NCBI GenBank assembly: GCA_049700215.1
Contig: JBNAVT010000035.1
Location: 1,552 to 15,208 of the forward strand
Reading direction: 5' to 3'
Origin: Thermoproteota archaeon
GTDB lineage: Archaea > Thermoproteota > EX4484-205 > JAAOZP01
Length of the DNA stretch: 13,657 nt
Position 1 is the first letter of the stretch. Every line of letters begins with the position of its first letter. The notes beneath the pieces are model-generated. The model searched no databases, was not told the origin of the DNA, and saw only the letters and a program-made list of their open reading frames with translations. This document shows positions 7,125-13,657 of this stretch, piece by piece. The translations under genes and the position numbers were made by a program.

Positions 7125-9026
7125 ATGGCCAGCAGGGAGCGTTTGCGAGACAGGTCTTACGACGAGAAGAAGACCAGCCTGGAGGAGGCTTTAAGCCACA
7201 TAAGGACTGGAGACCATATTTTCATAGGCTCAGCCTGCGGGGAGCCCCAGTACCTTGTGCATGGGCTGGTTGAGAAGGCTAAGCACCTGGCGGACAACGA
7301 GATACTGCATGTTCACACTCTCGGCGTCGCGCCATACGCTAAGCCGGTCTACTCGGACAGGTTCCGCCTTAACGCTTTCTTCGTAGGCGTGAACACTAGG
7401 GAGGCTGTTGCAGAGGGGAGGGCGGACTACACGCCTGTTTTCCTCTCCGACCTGCCTAAGCTGATATCAAGGGGAATGGTGCCGATAGACGTGGCGCTAA
7501 TACAGGTTACGCCGCCTGATGAACATGGTTTCTGCAGCCTAGGCGTCTCTGTGGAGATAACTAAGACCGCTGCGGAGAAGGCTAGGCTCGTGATAGCTCA
7601 GGTGAACCGTTTCATGCCGCGCGTCCTAGGGGACAGCTTCATACATGTTAACGATATCGACGTGGTTGTTGAGCACGACGAGCCGATTCTTGAGGCGCCG
7701 CAGCCGCCGAGAGACGTTGTTTCAGACAGGATAGCGAGATATGTTTCCGAGCTGGTTGAGGACGAGTCGACTCTTCAGATAGGGATAGGAAGCATTCCTG
7801 ACGCGGTGCTCAGCTCCCTTGAGGGTAAGAAGGACCTCGGCGTCCACACGGAGCTTCTCACGGAGAGCGTTGTAGACCTTGTTGAAGCAGGGGTCATAAC
7901 CTGCGCTAAGAAGACTCTCCACAGGGGGAAGATAATAGCCTCCTTCGCCATGGGGACGAGGCGCCTCTACGACTTCATAGACGACAACCCGATGGTTGAG
8001 TTCTACGAGTCGGACTACGTTAACAACCCGCTTGTAATCGCTCAGAACAGGAAGATGGTTGCTATAAACCAGGCTCTGGAAGTAGACTTGACGGGGCAGG
8101 TTTGCGCCGACTCGCTTGGATACGTTTTCTACAGCGGCCTCGGTGGCCAGGCTGACTTCGTAAGGGGCGCTAGGCTCTCGGAGGGAGGCAGGGCCATAAC
8201 CGTCATACCCTCCACGGCTAAAGAGGGCGCGATCTCCAGGATAAAATCGGTGCTCAGCGAGGGTGCTGGCGTAGTGCTGACCAGGGGCGACGTGGACTAT
8301 GTTGTGACCGAGTATGGTGTTGCACACTTAACGGGGAAGACGATAAAGGAGAGGGCGCTGGCGCTCATGGGCGTCGCGCACCCGAAGTTCAGGAACCAGC
8401 TTCTCGAATGGGCTAAGGCCCATAAGTATGTGCCTGAGGAGGTGCTCCCATTCCCGGAGGTAGAGTACCCTGAGGAGTTGAAGCGCTACGTTACCCTGGA
8501 GGACGGCACCAGGCTGCTCATAAGGCCGATAAAGCCTTCAGACGCGACGATGAAGCAACACTTGTTCTACGCTCTCTCTAAGGATAGTGTGACTAAAAGA
8601 TACTTGGGGCCTTTGAAGTCTCTCCCCTGGGACAGGGTTTGGCCGTACGTGATAGTAGACTACCAGAACGAGATGGTTCTAGTAGCGGTGGTGAGCCAAG
8701 ACGGGTTTGAAAGCATGGTTGGAATAGGCAGCTACTCCAGAATACCGGGGACGGAGCTTGCTGAAGTGGCGCTCGTCGTTAGGGACGACTGGCAGGGGAA
8801 GGGGATTGGGACGGGGCTTCTCAAATACCTTATTGAGCTCGCTAGGGCAAGGGGCTTCACGGGTTTAAAAGCATGGGTGCTTGTTGAAAACACTAAGATG
8901 ATGCATCTCTTCAGGAAGTGCGGCTACACTATGAGGTACCGGGTGGAGGACGGTGTTTATGAGGTGCTGATAGACCTTAGGCAACCTGTTGAAACCCGGG
9001 AGGCAGCTGCTTCCGAAAGCCTGTGA
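7125..9026 (+). CDS. Acetyl-CoA hydrolase/transferase (4-hydroxybutyrate CoA-transferase-like) fused to a C-terminal GNAT acetyltransferase
   Basis: GRADYTP, PDEHGFCSLGVS, LQIGIGSIP, catalytic GVHTE and YSGLGGQADF. The C-terminal GNAT has IRPIKPSD, AEVALVVRDDWQGKGIG and VLVENTKM. Likely start is ATG 7125 (or 7116); the track start at 6936 overlaps acd. Confidence 0.92.
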   Translation: MASRERLRDRSYDEKKTSLEEALSHIRTGDHIFIGSACGEPQYLVHGLVEKAKHLADNEILHVHTLGVAPYAKPVYSDRFRLNAFFVGVNTREAVAEGRADYTPVFLSDLPKLISRGMVPIDVALIQVTPPDEHGFCSLGVSVEITKTAAEKARLVIAQVNRFMPRVLGDSFIHVNDIDVVVEHDEPILEAPQPPRDVVSDRIARYVSELVEDESTLQIGIGSIPDAVLSSLEGKKDLGVHTELLTESVVDLVEAGVITCAKKTLHRGKIIASFAMGTRRLYDFIDDNPMVEFYESDYVNNPLVIAQNRKMVAINQALEVDLTGQVCADSLGYVFYSGLGGQADFVRGARLSEGGRAITVIPSTAKEGAISRIKSVLSEGAGVVLTRGDVDYVVTEYGVAHLTGKTIKERALALMGVAHPKFRNQLLEWAKAHKYVPEEVLPFPEVEYPEELKRYVTLEDGTRLLIRPIKPSDATMKQHLFYALSKDSVTKRYLGPLKSLPWDRVWPYVIVDYQNEMVLVAVVSQDGFESMVGIGSYSRIPGTELAEVALVVRDDWQGKGIGTGLLKYLIELARARGFTGLKAWVLVENTKMMHLFRKCGYTMRYRVEDGVYEVLIDLRQPVETREAAASESL

Positions 9027-9053
9027 AAACGTTTATTCTCCGTGCCGCTCTGA

Positions 9054-9453
9054 TTAAGGCTTGCTCAAGTTTATCCTTCTGATTCCCCCGGGAGGAGCCT
9101 TCCATCTCCTGCCGTAAGTCGTGAAACCTTTTACCTCGCCCTCCACGCCGTAGAGCCGAGTTTAGCGGAAACCGTGGACACCTAGAGCGCGAGAAACGGC
9201 TCAAGGTTTCGGCTAGCGCGCTAAAACCGTTAAGCCCCAGCTTCCTCACCGCTTCAACATCCCTCTTCGCCGATCAGACGGGCCGTTAGAGCCCGTCGGG
9301 GTAATAACCCTGTCAAGCACAAGCCTCAGGTAGTAAGGCTTACCTTTGAGCCGCGTGCTTTCAGCCGCTTATAAGGCTTCGCTCATCCTGCGCGGGTTGG
9401 AGAAAACCATCCTTATGCTTCACGGTTGTAAACTCGACTGCTTCAACCAACAT
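9054..9453 (-). pseudogene. Possible degraded gene remnant of unknown family
   Basis: ATG at 9453 followed by protein-like fragments in shifting frames (MLVEAVEFTTV / IRMVFSNPRRMSEAL*AAESTRLKGKPYYLRLVLDRVITP / RDVEAVRKLGLNGFSALAETL). No intact ORF spans them. Confidence 0.25.
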
Positions 9454-9486
9454 ATTTACAGCTCCATAATTGTCTCAACCGAATTG

Positions 9487-9516
9487 TTTATTAGCTGGGG
9501 AAAGCAGTTTCCCAGC
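9487..9516 (+). promoter_or_regulatory. TATA-like TTTATTA followed by the palindrome GCTGGGGAAA-gcag-TTTCCCAGC (candidate operator)
   Basis: The dyad at 9494-9516 lies between the TATA-like box and ATG 9526. Confidence 0.45.
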
Positions 9517-9525
9517 GTTGCAAAA

Positions 9526-10389
9526 ATGGGTAAGCCAATTATCATCGACACCGATATAGGCGACGATATAGATGATGCTTTCGCCCTGTTGTTTGCGCTG
9601 AAGTGCAGCGAGCTGGAGCTGGAGGCGGTTACAGTAGTCTGGGGCGATGTGGAGACGAGGGCTAAGCTAGCCTCCAAGCTTATATCAACACTAGGCTTGA
9701 AAAAACCCGTAGCCTCAGGCTCTTCTCAAAGCCTGCTTGGGTTTAAACCGGGATGGAAGCCTTGTCAGGCAGGGGTTTTGAAGCAGGGGGAGGCTTTTTC
9801 AAACATTCTGGAGACGCCGGCTTGGAACATTATTTCCATGAAAGCCTGTGAAATTGAAAATCTTAACCTTGTCAGCATCGGCCCGATGACGAACTTGGCT
9901 TTAGCACTGCTTTTTGAACCAGGCTTCAGCAAGAGGGTTAGCCTCACCTCCATGGCCGGGGTGTTCAAGGGCTCTGGCGCAGAGTACAATGTTAAATGCG
10001 ACCCTGAGGCTTTGAGCCTAGTGCTAAAGTCAGGGTTGAACCCGGTTCTAGTTGGGCTTGACGTCACGATGAAATGCGTAATGCCGGTGAGCATGGTTGA
10101 GAAGCTAAAAACCAGTGGGAAGCCGGAGCACCGGCTGGTTTCAGCGATGCTTGACGCCTGGACAGGGAGCACCGGCTTCAGGCAGCCGGTTTTACACGAC
10201 CCATTGGCGTTAGCCACGCTGGTGGACAACAGGATTGTGACGGTTGAGAAAACAAGGGTTGAGGTTGAGCTTAAAGGGGAATACACGCGGGGCTTCACTG
10301 TTCTAACCGGCGGCGCTCCGAACGCTTCCGTATGCTTGAGCGTTGACGTCGAAAGGTTTCTGAAGCTTTTCGAGGAAGTGGTTTTCTAG
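9526..10389 (+). CDS. Nucleoside hydrolase (IU-NH/RihA superfamily), atypical subgroup
   Basis: N-terminal Asp-rich Ca-binding motif IIIDTDIGDDIDD, IGPMTNLA, AEYNVKCDPEA, VGLDVT and LHDPLA. Likely start is ATG 9526 (287 aa). Confidence 0.9.
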   Translation: MGKPIIIDTDIGDDIDDAFALLFALKCSELELEAVTVVWGDVETRAKLASKLISTLGLKKPVASGSSQSLLGFKPGWKPCQAGVLKQGEAFSNILETPAWNIISMKACEIENLNLVSIGPMTNLALALLFEPGFSKRVSLTSMAGVFKGSGAEYNVKCDPEALSLVLKSGLNPVLVGLDVTMKCVMPVSMVEKLKTSGKPEHRLVSAMLDAWTGSTGFRQPVLHDPLALATLVDNRIVTVEKTRVEVELKGEYTRGFTVLTGGAPNASVCLSVDVERFLKLFEEVVF

Positions 10390-10427
10390 AAAAAGCAAAG
10401 CGTTTCTCAAAGGTTTTCACCTAGCCG

Positions 10428-10442
10428 GGAAACCTTTAAAAA
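10428..10442 (+). promoter_or_regulatory. BRE/TATA promoter GGAAACC-TTTAAAAA
   Basis: Ends 21 nt upstream of ATG 10464, consistent with a leaderless transcript. Confidence 0.6.
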
Positions 10443-10463
10443 GAAAGCGTCGCCACCATTCTC

Positions 10464-11516
10464 ATGGACGGGTTGAGGTTTTTAAACGGGCCGCTTTCAA
10501 ACCTGCCTAGAATAGTCCGCGCGAAAACCATGAGAGTATCCTCGTTCGACAAGACGGGTGGGAACAAGGATTACTGGACTATCGGTTCCCGCGAGAGGGT
10601 TAATATCGCTGAAATCAAGGGTGCTGGAATAATTAGACACGTATGGTTCACGGTTAGCTCCTTAAACAAGTTCTGCCTGAGGGACGCTGTGTTGAGAATA
10701 TACTGGGATGGCGAGCAGGATCCGAGTGTTGAAACACCTCTCGGAGACTTCTTCGGAGTTGGGCACGGTGTTGCAAACCACTTCGTGTCACTACCCTTAA
10801 GCATGGTTAGAGGACCCGGGAGAGGAGTTAACGCTGGCATGAACAGCTATTTCCCGATGCCTTTCTCAAACGGGGCTAGGATAGAGGTTGAGAACGAGAA
10901 GGATGACGAGATAATCCTCTACTTCCACGTGGACTACGAGCAGTTTGACGAAATACCTGAAGACTACGGGAGGTTCCACTGCTGGTGGAACAGGGAGAAC
11001 CCGTGCACCCCGGTGGAGCACAGGGGAGAAGAGTTGAACACTACTGGCGACGACAACTATCTGATACTTTACGCTGAGGGGACTGGCCACTACGTTGGCT
11101 GCGTGCTCAGCGTGGATAATTTCAACGCTTTCAACCAGAAGTACACATGGTTCGGAGAGGGTGACGACATGATTTTCGTCGACGGTGAGAAGTGGCCACC
11201 CAGCATCCACGGCACCGGGACCGAGGACTACTTCCTAGCGGCATGGGGCTTTCCCTGCGGAGAATACTCGGGGCCGTACCACGGCGTCTCACTGGCTGGA
11301 GACACTGTAGAGTGGTCTGGAAAATGGAGCGTCTACAGGTTTCACATAGAGGACCCGGTGAGGTTCACGAGGTCGATCAGGGTGACTATTGAGCACGGGC
11401 ATGCTAACGACCAGGGTAACGATTACTCGAGCGTAGCATACTGGTATCAGGCTGAGCCCCATAGGAAGTTCCCACCTCTTCCGAAAGCATTAGACAGGAG
11501 GCCTAGAAGAGCATAG
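10464..11516 (+). CDS. DUF2961 / glycoside hydrolase family 172 protein
   Basis: SSFDKTGGNKD, GAGIIRHVWFT, YWDGE..PSVETPLGDFFG, NSYFPMPF, GHYVG, WFGEGDD, GTGTEDYF, YRFHIEDP and EHGHAN...SSVAYWYQ. No signal peptide visible. Confidence 0.9.
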   Translation: MDGLRFLNGPLSNLPRIVRAKTMRVSSFDKTGGNKDYWTIGSRERVNIAEIKGAGIIRHVWFTVSSLNKFCLRDAVLRIYWDGEQDPSVETPLGDFFGVGHGVANHFVSLPLSMVRGPGRGVNAGMNSYFPMPFSNGARIEVENEKDDEIILYFHVDYEQFDEIPEDYGRFHCWWNRENPCTPVEHRGEELNTTGDDNYLILYAEGTGHYVGCVLSVDNFNAFNQKYTWFGEGDDMIFVDGEKWPPSIHGTGTEDYFLAAWGFPCGEYSGPYHGVSLAGDTVEWSGKWSVYRFHIEDPVRFTRSIRVTIEHGHANDQGNDYSSVAYWYQAEPHRKFPPLPKALDRRPRRA

Positions 11517-11609
11517 TGGAAACTTGTAAAAAGGTTGAGCGACACGGCTGTTTCCGGAGCCGCGGCTTCCAGCTGAAGAGCAGGCCTCGAAGATTTTAAA
11601 CCATAAAAT

Positions 11610-11685
11610 CGGGCCCGCTGGGATTTGAACCCAGGTTCTCCGGCTCCGGAGGCCGACGCCTTCATCCTGGCTTGGCCACGGGCCC
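11610..11685 (-). tRNA. tRNA-Arg(CCG), intronless, CCA not encoded
   Basis: Acceptor stem GGGCCCG/CGGGCCC plus G discriminator; D arm GCC..GGC; anticodon arm TCGGC-CT CCG GA-GCCGG; T arm CTGGG-TTCAAAT-CCCAG; T-rich 3' trailer. Confidence 0.96.
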
Positions 11686-11708
11686 TGTTAAAAACTTATT
11701 TGCGTATG

Positions 11709-11716
11709 CTTTTAAA
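11709..11716. promoter_or_regulatory. TATA element CTTTTAAA between the divergent tRNA-Arg and lysyl-tRNA synthetase genes
   Basis: ~23 nt from the tRNA 5' end (-) and 21 nt from ATG 11738 (+). Confidence 0.55.
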
Positions 11717-11737
11717 CCTAATTCGCTTCGAGCAGCC

Positions 11738-13366
11738 ATGGAAGCCAGAGGCAGAAGCGGGTTCGTGTTCTGGGCCGACGCTGTGGCAGAGTCAGCCTTT
11801 GAACACGCTAGGAGAAACGGTATGAGCGTTGTGACTGTTAAGAGCGGCGGCTCCCCGTCCGGGGGGAAGCACATCGGCAACATGAACGACCAGATCCGCG
11901 CCTTCTTCATATACGATGCTTTAACCAGGAAGGATGTTCGCGCGAGGCTAATCTATACTAATGACGACATGGATCCTCTCAGGACTATTCCGCCGTCTGC
12001 TCCAGACGGGGATGGGGAGTGGCATGTTTTCACGGAGCAGGAGCTCGCGACGCTTGAGAAACACTTAGGCTGGCCTTACAGCCGCATACCTGACGTCTTT
12101 GGGTGCCATGGGTCGTGGGGGGAGCATTTCAACTCGGTGATTCAAGAAGGCTTAAGCAGAATAGGAATAGTGATGGAGAACTATGATAACAGCGAGTCTT
12201 ACGCTAGCGGAAGGTTTCTCGAGGCCACTAGGCTGACCCTTTCCAAGACGGCTCTAGTCCGGGAGGTTTTAAGCAGGTTTCAGACGAGTGTTGAGAGAAA
12301 CTGGATACCGTTCCACCCTGTCTGCGGCAACTGCGGGAAGATAACGACCACTGCTCTAAGCGTTGACCTGGGCAGCGACACGGTTGAATACGAGTGTAAG
12401 GGCAGGGTTCTAGCCGGCAAGTACGTGATAAAGGGCTGCGGCCACAGGGGTGTTTCAACGCTGAAAGAGGGTAAGCTGCCCTGGCGTCTGGAATGGGTTG
12501 CCCAGTGGAGGGTTTTCCAGGTTAACGCGGAGCCGTTTGGAAAGGATCACTACGAGGGCTCGTGGAAATCCGGCCAAGCGTTGGCGAGAGAAGTCTACGG
12601 TATAGAGCCGCCAGCAAGCCTAGTCTACGAGTTCTTCCTGGTCAACGGTGAGAAAATGTCGAGTAGAAGGGGGAACGCGTATATTCTCCACGACCTTCTG
12701 AAAGTGCTTGAGCCTGAGGTGATAAAGTACCTCTACACTAAGAGGCCGATGATGCAGAGGAATATTGACTTGAAGAACCTGCACCTTCTTGTCGAGGAGT
12801 TCGACAGGTTTGAGGAGAGCTTTTTCAAAGGGTCTTCCGAGGAGGCTGCGAGAATATACCCGGCTCTGGTTGGAACCATCCCGGCTAGGAAGCCGTTGAG
12901 AGTAAGCTATCTTCTCGCAAGCTACGTCGTCCAGTTCTACCCGGTTGAGGAGGCTTACAGGAGCCTGGTTAGGGCGGGCGTCGTCAAGGAGGAGGCTTGC
13001 GGAGAAGACAGGGAGAGGGTTCTCAGGAGGCTTATGCTCGCTAGAAACTGGCTCAACATGTTCGCGGACACGAGTAAGTACGTTGTCAGGAAGGAGCCTG
13101 CTGAAGTTGGTTTAAACGGCTTCAGACAGGCTTTCGAAGAGCTCCTGGAGGAACTGTCGTCGCTGAAAGAGTTCAGGGGGGAGGAAATACAGAACATTAT
13201 TTACTCCACTGCCCGTAGACACGGAATCCCGCCTCCCAGCTTCTTCGAAAAGCTGTACATGGTTTTCACGGGAAGCGGGAGCGGCCCTAGGCTTGGCTAC
13301 CTGCTTGCAGCCCTGGGCAGGGAGCACGTGGTAACCCGTCTGAAGACGCTTCTCCAAAAGCCTTAA
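11738..13366 (+). CDS. lysS: Class I lysyl-tRNA synthetase
   Basis: FWAD N-terminus, HIGH-like SPSGGKHIGN, DDMDPLR, CGNCGK, KLPWRLEW, EPFGKDH, KMSKS-like KMSSRRGN and C-terminal GPRLG. Start is placed at ATG 11738 because the track start lies inside the tRNA. Confidence 0.97.
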   Translation: MEARGRSGFVFWADAVAESAFEHARRNGMSVVTVKSGGSPSGGKHIGNMNDQIRAFFIYDALTRKDVRARLIYTNDDMDPLRTIPPSAPDGDGEWHVFTEQELATLEKHLGWPYSRIPDVFGCHGSWGEHFNSVIQEGLSRIGIVMENYDNSESYASGRFLEATRLTLSKTALVREVLSRFQTSVERNWIPFHPVCGNCGKITTTALSVDLGSDTVEYECKGRVLAGKYVIKGCGHRGVSTLKEGKLPWRLEWVAQWRVFQVNAEPFGKDHYEGSWKSGQALAREVYGIEPPASLVYEFFLVNGEKMSSRRGNAYILHDLLKVLEPEVIKYLYTKRPMMQRNIDLKNLHLLVEEFDRFEESFFKGSSEEAARIYPALVGTIPARKPLRVSYLLASYVVQFYPVEEAYRSLVRAGVVKEEACGEDRERVLRRLMLARNWLNMFADTSKYVVRKEPAEVGLNGFRQAFEELLEELSSLKEFRGEEIQNIIYSTARRHGIPPPSFFEKLYMVFTGSGSGPRLGYLLAALGREHVVTRLKTLLQKP

Positions 13367-13476
13367 GACGGTTCGACGCTGGCTCCCTTTTTATCGCGCA
13401 ACGGTTGATCGTCGAACATGTTTTACGGTTGGAAATCAATCGGCTTTAGACGGATGTTTTCTAAGCATCTAATGGT

Positions 13477-13487
13477 AAGGTTAAATA
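13477..13487 (+). promoter_or_regulatory. TATA-like AAGG-TTAAATA upstream of HMG-CoA synthase
   Basis: TTAAATA at 13481-13487, 37 nt before ATG 13525. Confidence 0.45.
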
Positions 13488-13524
13488 CTGGCTTCTCCAA
13501 CCAGCGCAAACATTGGGGCTAAGC

Positions 13525-13657
13525 ATGAGGGTTGGAATAGTCGGCTACGGGGTGTACGTGCCGAGGCTGAGAATAAGGGTTGAGGAGATAGCGAGAGTCT
13601 GGGGGCATGATGTAAACTCCTACAGGGAGGGGCTTGGAATAGAGGAGAAGTCAGTCC
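13525..13657 (+). CDS. Archaeal hydroxymethylglutaryl-CoA synthase, 3'-partial
   Basis: Hand translation [44 protein letters not shown] matches the typical archaeal HMGS N-terminus. Runs off the end of the window. Confidence 0.85.
   Translation, partial: MRVGIVGYGVYVPRLRIRVEEIARVWGHDVNSYREGLGIEEKSV

Noticed and set aside
8977-9249. 90-aa minus-strand ORF as an intact gene
   Set aside because: It overlaps the GNAT 3' end, has no clear start signal and has atypical composition. At most it is part of a decayed gene.
9229-9250. Minus-strand GAGGAAGCTGGGGCTTA resembling RNase P RNA conserved elements
   Set aside because: The two P4-like pieces are contiguous rather than separated by the RNA body, and no other RNase P or SRP hallmarks were found.
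11517-11685. Integrated element using tRNA-Arg as an att site
   Set aside because: I found no duplicated tRNA 3' end, integrase or transposase in the window.
1-13657. CRISPR array, rRNA, IS element, or selenocysteine/pyrrolysine read-through
   Set aside because: No regularly spaced repeats, no rRNA-like sequence, no transposase, and no in-frame stop interrupting a conserved domain were seen.

Overview
Archaeal genomic window, inferred from TATA/BRE promoters, class I LysRS, an archaeal-type HMG-CoA synthase and a WOR5-type tungstoenzyme; a TACK-like lineage such as Bathyarchaeia is a guess only. From left to right: the 3' part of an ABC-2 ATPase, a truncated ABC-2 permease, a 119-120 aa hypothetical gene and an unannotated convergent 47-aa membrane peptide. 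Next is a minus-strand block encoding a fused alpha-beta ADP-forming acyl-CoA synthetase, a stand-alone BioD-like/DRTGG protein, a 4x[4Fe-4S] subunit and a WOR5-like tungsten oxidoreductase. Divergent from that block is a CoA-transferase fused to a Pat-type GNAT acetyltransferase. Then come a ~450-nt degenerate, hairpin-rich spacer, an atypical nucleoside hydrolase, a GH172/DUF2961 glycosidase, tRNA-Arg(CCG), class I lysyl-tRNA synthetase and the start of HMG-CoA synthase. The best candidate for an undescribed system is the ACD/DRTGG/WOR5 block plus the divergent CoA-transferase-GNAT fusion, which may be an acyl-CoA-sensing, acylation-regulated energy module. A (CG)n inverted-repeat-bounded cassette at 702-1250 is a further, more speculative lead. 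Family calls come from motif recognition and recall, not database searches.
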